From NCBI GenBank assembly GCA_026421215.1, contig JAPKBN010000003.1, forward strand, positions 45,698 through 109,697: DNA of 64,000 bases, written 5' to 3'. The position numbers were made by a program, and so were the translations under genes. The notes under the pieces were generated by a model. It ran no database searches, was not told the DNA's origin, and saw only the letters and a program-made list of their open reading frames with translations. The stretch comes from Dehalococcoidia bacterium (GTDB taxonomy: Bacteria > Chloroflexota > Dehalococcoidia > Lucifugimonadales > Lucifugimonadaceae). Numbering within the stretch: the stretch's first letter is position 1; each line of letters starts with the position of its first letter. Below, one piece after another: positions 47,650-55,273 of this stretch.

Positions 47650-48801
47650 TTATGCGTAGGGATTGGCCCCATCCGAAGTAACCTCCGCTGCGATCAAAGC
47701 GTCGATCTCGGCCTCTGTGCGACCCAGTTCGCCAAGAATCGGACGTGTATGTTGTCCTGCGAGTGGGGGGCCGAAAGTCGCTCCGCGTCCTGCGCCTGAA
47801 AATACGATCGGCGTGTTGATAGCCCGTAGCGAACCATCCAGCGGGTCATCGGTTTCAACGATCATCCCGCGCTCGGCGAAATAGGGGTGCTCAACGGCAT
47901 CCCGCATCGACTTTGACACGCCATAAGGCGCGCCAGCCGCCTCAAGACCTGCCGCCGCATCCGACGCAGTGTGCTCGCCCACCCATGCCCCCACGAGCGA
48001 ATTCGCTTCGTCCGGCGATTCCGGCATGGTCACTCCGGAATGTCCCAGACCTTCGGCTATCCGCTCCCAGTTGCGTGCCCCGCCAATGTTGATCGTCATA
48101 TGACCGTCTTTGGCCACGTGCAGCGGATGCCGGAACGGCTTCCAGTCGTCGACCCCGCCGCTGCTAAGCGGAGCCGCCGCGACCTCGTTCAGCATGGATA
48201 GCTGGGCGTCCATTAGGGAGACATCGACCCGCTGTCCCTGCCCAGTGTTTTCGCGATCGTATAGAGCCGCCAGAATCCCCGAAAAACACGATAGGCCCGC
48301 CGCCATATCCGCGATGGTGATGCCCGGGGCAAAAGGTTCACTGGTTCCAGCAGCCTGCTGTTGCACCCACAGCCACCCGGCCTCGGCGTGCGCCGTCGCG
48401 CCGTACGCACGTCGGTGCGCGTATGTCCCGGATTGGCCGAACCCTGAGATAGACGCGAACACCAGTCGAGGGTGATCTCCCTTCAGATCGTCGTACCCGA
48501 GTCCCAGGCGGTCCATGACGCCGGGGGAAAAGTTCTCCACCATGACATCTGCCAGCGCCACAAGTTCGTGCGCGACCTTGATACCTTCAGGATGTTTCAG
48601 GTCGAGTGTGATGGATCTCTTGCCCATGTTGTTGCCAGCGCTTCCGGATGTACGCGTCCTGGGAGACTCCGGGATGGCGTCAATCTTCAAGACGTTCGCT
48701 CCCATATCGGCCAGCATCCGGGTGCAGTAGGGCCCGGCGATCACTCTTGTGAAATCCAGGACATTAACGCCTTCAAGAATCCGTCGGCCGTTCATGCTCA
48801 A
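47650..48801 (-). CDS. CaiB/BaiF family III CoA-transferase
   Basis: GVNVLDFTRVIAGPYCTRMLADMGANVLKID. 383 aa. Confidence 0.85.
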   Translation of the reverse strand: MSMNGRRILEGVNVLDFTRVIAGPYCTRMLADMGANVLKIDAIPESPRTRTSGSAGNNMGKRSITLDLKHPEGIKVAHELVALADVMVENFSPGVMDRLGLGYDDLKGDHPRLVFASISGFGQSGTYAHRRAYGATAHAEAGWLWVQQQAAGTSEPFAPGITIADMAAGLSCFSGILAALYDRENTGQGQRVDVSLMDAQLSMLNEVAAAPLSSGGVDDWKPFRHPLHVAKDGHMTINIGGARNWERIAEGLGHSGVTMPESPDEANSLVGAWVGEHTASDAAAGLEAAGAPYGVSKSMRDAVEHPYFAERGMIVETDDPLDGSLRAINTPIVFSGAGRGATFGPPLAGQHTRPILGELGRTEAEIDALIAAEVTSDGANPYA

Positions 48802-48986
48802 CCTCTCGCCAACGCCAGTGGCGGTTATATTTTGATGTCTGATATTGCCCGTACTGGGCCTCAGATGAAGTATCGGGTGTTAGCGATTGCCTGTCATCAG
48901 ACGACCTGAACCTGATCGCCACTTACAGACGGCTACCTTCGGGTGCAAAATGGTCCAGGTTGAAAGCTAATTCATGAAAGTGATCG

Positions 48987-49952
48987 ATGACGCAATCATC
49001 AGGAAACGGCAGGTCCGGCGTCCTCGCACTGGCCGGGGGCGTTGGCGGGGCGAAACTGGCGGTCGGGTTGGCCAGAATTCTCAAGCCGGACGCCCTAACG
49101 ATAGTTGTGAATACAGGTGATGATGAGACCTTTTACGGCCTGCATATATCGCCCGATATCGACACCGTCACATACTCCCTGGCTGGCCTGGCAAACCCCG
49201 ATACGGGCTGGGGTTTTGCAGGCGACACGTTCAACGCGCTCGAAACGTTGAAAACGCTTGGCGCAGACACCTGGTTTGGGCTCGGCGATCACGACTTCGC
49301 ACTGCACCTCCGCCGCACAGACATGCTGCGAAGCGGAATGACACTTTCAGAGGTCACACTTGATCTGGCGGGACGGATGGGCGTGCGCCATCCGGTCCTG
49401 CCCATGAGCGACCAGCCGGTCAGGACCATTATTAAATCGACCGATGGCGAAATGTCGTTTCAGGAGTACTTTGTGCATCGCAGGTCGGAGCCAGAAGTGA
49501 TCGGACTAAGGTTCGATGGGGCTGATTCCGCGAACGCATCTCCGATGTTTCAGAGGGCACTTGAGAACGCAGAAGCGATTGTATTTTGCCCGTCCAACCC
49601 GTTCCTCAGCGTCGACCCCATACTGGCGTTGCCGGACGTGAGGGAGATGATTGTCGCTTCGGACGTGCCCCGGGTGATAGTAAGCCCGATAATTGGTGGT
49701 AGGGCGGTCAAAGGCCCAGCGGCACGGATATTTGAGACGTTTGCGCACAAGCCGCCGAGCGCACTGGCCGTGGCCGAGCACTATGAAGGAATCGCGACGC
49801 ATTTCGTGATGGATAACGAGGATGAGGCAAGCCGTGACGCCGTTGAGGCCCTCGGATACCAAGTCCTTGTGACAGAGACTCTCATGATTGAAGACACACA
49901 CAAGATCGCCCTGTCGACGGCCGTATGCAAAATGGCCGGGGTGTCGATCTGA
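48987..49952 (+). CDS. cofD: 2-phospho-L-lactate transferase (F420 biosynthesis)
   Basis: LAGGVGGAKLAVGL, VVNTGDD and SPDIDTVTYSLAG motifs. 321 aa. Confidence 0.85.
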   Translation: MTQSSGNGRSGVLALAGGVGGAKLAVGLARILKPDALTIVVNTGDDETFYGLHISPDIDTVTYSLAGLANPDTGWGFAGDTFNALETLKTLGADTWFGLGDHDFALHLRRTDMLRSGMTLSEVTLDLAGRMGVRHPVLPMSDQPVRTIIKSTDGEMSFQEYFVHRRSEPEVIGLRFDGADSANASPMFQRALENAEAIVFCPSNPFLSVDPILALPDVREMIVASDVPRVIVSPIIGGRAVKGPAARIFETFAHKPPSALAVAEHYEGIATHFVMDNEDEASRDAVEALGYQVLVTETLMIEDTHKIALSTAVCKMAGVSI

Positions 49953-49960
49953 GTTCGGAT

Positions 49961-50683
49961 ATGGATCAGGGGCGGATCAGGGCGATAGTGCCTATGAAGC
50001 CGATCACCGAGGGGAAATCGCGCTTGGCCCCGATGCTGAATTCGGATCAACGGGCGCTGTTGTCATTAGCTATGTTGATACGCGTACTCGGTGTAGTCGC
50101 TGCTACACCGGGGATTAAAGACGTAGTTGTATACGGTGGCGACGATGCTGTCCGACGGGCCTGTGAGCGGGATGGAGCCGGTTGGTTGCCCGATCCCGGA
50201 CTTGGGCTGAACGGATGCCTGGCCACTGGATTCTCGGACGCCATCGATGAGGGATCTACCCACGGCATGTTCCTCCCGGCTGATATACCGCTTGTCACCG
50301 CTGAAGCTTTATCTATCTTGATCGAGGCTGGCCAGGACAAGCAGCTGGTCATCGCCCCGGACCTGGCAAATGACGGTACAAACGCGTTACTGGTAGACCT
50401 GTCTACAACCTTTCCAACCTTGCTTGGCGAGGCTAGTTTTGATCGACATATCGATCAGGCAAGGCAACTCGGTATCAATTACGTCGATCACCGCCCCGAG
50501 AGTTTCAGGTTAGAACTCGGGCTGGACATAGATACCGCTCCTGATATGGAACTGCTCATAGATTTAGTGCCAGCTCTCTGGGCCGATCTTCGGCGTGAAA
50601 TCCAGGTGGCCGGACTCGAAGCATTACTGCCAGGAAATCCCGGCGATTCAGTAAAAGAACCAGTAGAAGAAGGAACTGAATGA
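49961..50683 (+). CDS. cofC: 2-phospho-L-lactate guanylyltransferase (CofC/FbiD)
   Basis: RAIVPMKPITEGKSRLAP N-terminal motif, directly after cofD. The start could be 49961 or 49925. Confidence 0.75.
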   Translation: MDQGRIRAIVPMKPITEGKSRLAPMLNSDQRALLSLAMLIRVLGVVAATPGIKDVVVYGGDDAVRRACERDGAGWLPDPGLGLNGCLATGFSDAIDEGSTHGMFLPADIPLVTAEALSILIEAGQDKQLVIAPDLANDGTNALLVDLSTTFPTLLGEASFDRHIDQARQLGINYVDHRPESFRLELGLDIDTAPDMELLIDLVPALWADLRREIQVAGLEALLPGNPGDSVKEPVEEGTE

Positions 50684-51645
50684 CAGGTGATGGACCATTG
50701 TTGGGAATCGTTCTTCCCACCCGCGGGGTAGTTCTGGCCGGTGGTGACTCCCCAGACGCAGGACTTATCGTAAAAATGGCGCGCCTCGCAGAAGATGCCG
50801 GGGTCGATTCGGTGTGGGTTGGAGACAGCCTCGTTGCCAAGCCTCGCCTGGAGCCACTGACCGCCCTGGCCGCAGTGGCCGCATCTACCTCAAGAGTCCG
50901 GATGGGTACGTCTGTGCTACTGGCTGCACTGCGCCACCCTGTTTTACTTGCGCAGACGGCCGCAACGGTGGATCAGTTATCAGAAGGTCGGCTGACATTA
51001 GCAATGGGTGTAGGCGGCGCTTTTACCGATGCACAACAGAACGAATGGGCGACCGCCGGCGTTGAAAAACGGACCCGCGCAACTCGGGTGGAAGAGATTG
51101 TCGAGGTCATGCGCGGGCTGTGGTCCGGCGACCCCGTTACGTTCCACGGCCAGCACTTCGATTTCGATGATGTGAGTCTCGGCTACCGCCCTTATCAACG
51201 CCCCGGCGTACCGATCCTATTGGCGACTCACTCCGGAGACGGCCGGGATCGGCAACCGGCACGTGCGGCTAGGCTTTCGGACGGGATAATCTCGATTTCA
51301 GACAGCCCGGAAGAGTTTGCATCTGTAAGGGCTAGGGTCGCCGAGGAGGCCGTAGCTATCTGCCGATCGCCGGACGAGCTGCGGTCGGTCTACTACATGA
51401 CCGTCAACCTGGACCCGGACGCCGCTCGCGGCAAAGAAGAAGGCGTGCGCTGGGTGACGGACTACTACGGCCTGAACTTCTGGGGCGACCGTTGGGGACC
51501 ATACGGCGACACCGAGGGTGTTATCGAACGCATACGGAAGTTCGCCGCCGCGGGTGCCGACGAAGTGATCGTGCGGTTCGCGTCATACGACCAGCCGCGG
51601 CAGATGGAGCAGTTTGCAAAGCGAGTGCTTCCAGCATTCCGCTAA
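50680..51645 (+). CDS. LLM class F420-dependent oxidoreductase
   Basis: The ATG overlaps the cofC stop (ATGA at 50680-50683). LLM pattern GVDSVWVGDS and GRLTLAMGVGG. 321 aa. Confidence 0.8.
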   Translation: MTGDGPLLGIVLPTRGVVLAGGDSPDAGLIVKMARLAEDAGVDSVWVGDSLVAKPRLEPLTALAAVAASTSRVRMGTSVLLAALRHPVLLAQTAATVDQLSEGRLTLAMGVGGAFTDAQQNEWATAGVEKRTRATRVEEIVEVMRGLWSGDPVTFHGQHFDFDDVSLGYRPYQRPGVPILLATHSGDGRDRQPARAARLSDGIISISDSPEEFASVRARVAEEAVAICRSPDELRSVYYMTVNLDPDAARGKEEGVRWVTDYYGLNFWGDRWGPYGDTEGVIERIRKFAAAGADEVIVRFASYDQPRQMEQFAKRVLPAFR

Positions 51646-51707
51646 CTGGAGAGCACGCTGAAGAGCCAAATCGTCTGGACGGTTGAGACTGGTAGGCTGT
51701 CTGGGGC

Positions 51708-52037
51708 CTATACGCCCCCTTGAACACGCTCGGTATGATGGATGCCACAGCCACAGTTTTGGCAGAGCGTACCTAATAGAGCAGGGTCGACCTGGTTCGG
51801 GCATTCGCAGGCATCACAATGACACCATGGCCAGCGATTATCTATGGTGGCGCCATCAAGCGCAGATTTCAGATCGCAAGCGATGTCGTGATAGCCGGTA
51901 GACCTGGCGGCGGCACAGGATGGACAGCATGCGTCGCCATGAGGCGTCAGCCCTTCCCATTCAAGCCGTCGAACAACAGCGAGCAAATGGGAAAACGCCT
52001 CGTTTTGCCTGTTACCGGGGGGCTGGTCTTCTGTCAC
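51708..52037 (-). CDS. hypothetical Cys-rich small protein (11 Cys in 109 aa)
   Basis: GTG-start ORF with CCPSC, WCHCDACECP and CQNCGCGIHH clusters. I recognise no family. It lies in an AT-richer orphan region, so its coding status is uncertain. Confidence 0.3.
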   Translation of the reverse strand: MTEDQPPGNRQNEAFSHLLAVVRRLEWEGLTPHGDACCPSCAAARSTGYHDIACDLKSALDGATIDNRWPWCHCDACECPNQVDPALLGTLCQNCGCGIHHTERVQGGV

Positions 52038-52601
52038 CTGCAGCCTCGTGTCCCATGTTCTGTGGGAGCGAACCCACGACCTGATGAGCCACTACGGCTC
52101 ATGATGGTCTGATTGTAATTGAAACCTGTTCAGTTTCCGGTGCGCAGCAGGTGGTGATTGGGTACTTTTTACCGAACTCTCCCATGTCGCCCTGTGAGCG
52201 CTTCTGCCACTTTTCGGTCTAGGAATTGGCCGTTCCACTGGCCTGCCTGCCGCCATCCTGTTCGCCATCCAGACATTTGGGCCTGATAGTGACCGCCGCT
52301 TGATCTTGTTCTCCAACGCCATCAGAGCATCTGGCAGAGCCATCGCCCATTCTTCGCACAGGCGGCTGCATTCATTACTCCGAATACGATATGCACTCGG
52401 AGTAAAAAGTAATGAAAACTCTGTCCGGCGGATAACAAGGTTCTTAGCGTTCCATCTGATGATTGGATCGTCACCAGTGAGTCGCCCACTTCGAGTTGCG
52501 GCCAATACACATACTCAGAACAGTTACTCTTGGCACGCGAAAATCCCCAGAGATCACATATTCGGCCCGTGACACCACGGTAGAAGCGGGCATATGTCGC
52601 T

Positions 52602-52991
52602 ATGACAATGTGGCGACTTACAGAGGAATCGAGACCTCGGACAGCAATGACAGCAGTGCCACAAAAAGAACCTGTCGTCTGCGCTCGCTGTGGTCGCGAC
52701 CTGGGCAGCACCGCTTACGAGATGTTGTTGAATGCGACTCGGGCCCCGCATTGTCTGCGTTGCGCTTTGGAGTTTCGGCCGATGCTGAAACGCTCCCTGG
52801 CTGTGTCTCTAATCGTCGGCACCGTGCTTGTGGCGATCAACCAGGGTGACTTTATCCTCTCGGGCAACTTCCAGATCGCAATGGTCTGGAAAATCCCGCT
52901 GACCTACGCCGTGCCGTTCATCGTCACGACGCTAGGAGGCCTGCTGAATGCGCGGACGGTGACCGCGCGTCCAGCAGACACAAAGGGCTAA
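52602..52991 (+). CDS. NrtS-like small membrane protein with N-terminal zinc-ribbon-like extension
   Basis: The C-terminal half LAVSLIVGTVLVAINQGD...KIPLTYAVPFIVTTLGG resembles NrtS-type proteins. The N-terminal half carries CARCG...HCLRCA. The start is uncertain between 52602 and 52647. Confidence 0.5.
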   Translation: MTMWRLTEESRPRTAMTAVPQKEPVVCARCGRDLGSTAYEMLLNATRAPHCLRCALEFRPMLKRSLAVSLIVGTVLVAINQGDFILSGNFQIAMVWKIPLTYAVPFIVTTLGGLLNARTVTARPADTKG

Positions 52992-53102
52992 TCGCTAAAC
53001 CTCCGAACCCAACCTAAGGGCGGCGCTTGCACTACCCTCAGTGGCACGCGTGTAGTTACTTCTCGGTGAAAAGGGCACGAGTTCCACAAAGACCGCCCAT
53101 CC

Positions 53103-54266
53103 CTAGTCTGCGGACACCTCTGCCGGCGCGTCCACGTAGTGGGGCATCACTTCTTCTGTGAACAGGCGGATAGATCGCATAGCCTCGTCTGACGTGATGC
53201 TTCCCCACTGGAACGAACACACGTAGTAGTTCGCACCGCTCTGGACGTATTCGTCAAGATACTCTCGCATCGAAGCCGGAGAACCGGCCATCGCAACGCC
53301 ACCGAGCCTGCCAGGGTTCTGTGTCGTGTGGCTGGAGTCAAACTTCTCAATTTCGGCATCGATGTCACGTCGCAACTCGCGAGCCGGTGCGTTTGCCGGA
53401 CGGTTTCCAACGAAACCAAAGCCCTGACCGTCTTTAGTTGACATGAACCGGTCAAGACCACGGCGTTCTGCCTCAATACGACGGGGAGCCGCCAGGTTGT
53501 ATCGATATTGCTCCCAGGCCGGTTTGGCGATAGCAATGGCTTCCTCGTCCGTTTCGGCCAGTACCATATGTACAGTCAAACCGATCTTCGGTTCTTTTCC
53601 GTGGATCGTGAGAGCGCCCTTGCCCTGGTGCTCCTCCCACTTCTCCTTGTATCGTTTTGCTTCTGGGCCGATGCTGTCCAGTGATCCGACGATGATCGTG
53701 TCCATGCCGTTGATAGCAGCAGTTTCCGCGTTCCGCATGTACCACATTGGTGGGTATGGCTTCTGAACCGAGTGCATGAACATCGGAAGGTCGTCGAAGT
53801 TGTAAACATTTCCTTGGAAATTCAGGCGGTCATTCGACAGTCCGTTCTGGATTACCGCTAGCGTCTCCTGGTAGCGCTCGTAGTTGGACTCTGCGGTGGC
53901 CTCCTGCCCCCAGAAAAATGCCTCCATTTCACCACCGCGCCCTACACCTATCTCCATTCTTCCGTTGGAAAGGGTATCCACCATGCTGATCTCCTCGATC
54001 AACCTGAGTGGGTGATGCAGTGGAAGGACGTAAACGCAGGGCGCTAGATGGATTTTTGTCGTGCGTTGAGAAGCTGCGGCGAGGAACACGTTCTGGGATG
54101 GGGCGAGGCTGTGAATGGCCGGAGTGTGATGCTCGGCGAGGTGGTAACAGTAAAAGCCGGCACGATCCATATATTCGATCTGTTTTAGACGCTTCTCATA
54201 CGTCTCCGTAAGGGGCTTGCCTTCTTCTGGTTCAATGTGGTCGAAAACTCCGAATTGAAGACCCAT
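53103..54266 (-). CDS. LLM class flavin-dependent oxidoreductase
   Basis: 387 aa with MGLQFGVFDH, YHLAEHH and GRMEIGVGRGG luciferase-like motifs. Confidence 0.8.
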   Translation of the reverse strand: MGLQFGVFDHIEPEEGKPLTETYEKRLKQIEYMDRAGFYCYHLAEHHTPAIHSLAPSQNVFLAAASQRTTKIHLAPCVYVLPLHHPLRLIEEISMVDTLSNGRMEIGVGRGGEMEAFFWGQEATAESNYERYQETLAVIQNGLSNDRLNFQGNVYNFDDLPMFMHSVQKPYPPMWYMRNAETAAINGMDTIIVGSLDSIGPEAKRYKEKWEEHQGKGALTIHGKEPKIGLTVHMVLAETDEEAIAIAKPAWEQYRYNLAAPRRIEAERRGLDRFMSTKDGQGFGFVGNRPANAPARELRRDIDAEIEKFDSSHTTQNPGRLGGVAMAGSPASMREYLDEYVQSGANYYVCSFQWGSITSDEAMRSIRLFTEEVMPHYVDAPAEVSAD

Positions 54267-54358
54267 CCGTTGAGTACGTCCTTTAACTAATCTGATTAGG
54301 CTTGTACCTAATGTACATGAGTGGTATCAGGGATTCTAGCCTGTAATGGATTTCGAAC

Positions 54359-55156
54359 CTAGTCCGCGGCTGCGACGACCGCCGCCCGGGCGTACCTCTT
54401 GAGGAACAACGCCATCGAATCGGCGATGGGGCCGCTGTACATATCTTCACGGTCAAACACGTGGTCCTGACCGGAGTACAACTGCAAATCAACGGGCACA
54501 CCGGCGGCCTCCAACGCATCGAACATTCGGACCGTACGCCGATAGTCGACGCGGACATCGCCTGTTCCGTGCACAAGCAGAGTCGGCGGGAAATCGGGAT
54601 TGGCGTATGAGATCGGGCTGGCGTCGAGAAGAGCTACTTCTGTCACGCCGTCTGGGAACAGCTGGGACAGATCGTTCTTTTCCGCTGTGGCAAGTAGATC
54701 CACCACCGGGTATACACCGATCGCAGTTGCGAGAGCGCTGCTGACGTCCTCGAAATAGGGGGGCTCAAGGTCGGAAGAGTTCGGCGTCCCAGCGGCCAGA
54801 AGCGCCAGATGCCCGCCTGCGGAGCTCCCACCGGCGCTGATCCGGTCCGGATCGACGCCCAGCCGGTCGGCCGAATCTCGCATCCACCGGATGATCGTCT
54901 TCACATCCTGGAGCGGCGCCGGCCACGGGGCCTCGGTCATCACCCGGTACTCGCCAGCGATGCAGACCACGCCGCGCTCAGCCATCTTGATCCCGTAGCG
55001 GTCTTTCATGTCCCCACGGTTCTTTGTCCGCCACGAACCACCAGGCAGGAACAGCAGGGCAGGAGCGAGTCCGTGGGTCTTCGCCGGACGAAACACGTCA
55101 ACCAGGAGGCCGGAATCGCCAACAGGGACGTTTTCTTCGATAAGTACGTCAGTCAA
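54359..55156 (-). CDS. alpha/beta hydrolase (esterase/lipase, HSL-like)
   Basis: LFLPGGSW oxyanion region and the nucleophile elbow GGSSAGG. 265 aa. Confidence 0.8.
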   Translation of the reverse strand: MTDVLIEENVPVGDSGLLVDVFRPAKTHGLAPALLFLPGGSWRTKNRGDMKDRYGIKMAERGVVCIAGEYRVMTEAPWPAPLQDVKTIIRWMRDSADRLGVDPDRISAGGSSAGGHLALLAAGTPNSSDLEPPYFEDVSSALATAIGVYPVVDLLATAEKNDLSQLFPDGVTEVALLDASPISYANPDFPPTLLVHGTGDVRVDYRRTVRMFDALEAAGVPVDLQLYSGQDHVFDREDMYSGPIADSMALFLKRYARAAVVAAAD

Positions 55157-55273
55157 TTGGAATTCCTCCCACGTGTTTTACGGGTATCGCCTGTTATTTC
55201 AGAAGCTACCGTAAAACACCATCAGGCCGCAGCGCGTTATTCACGGCGTTGCGGCCTGATGGGTTTCAGCTCA

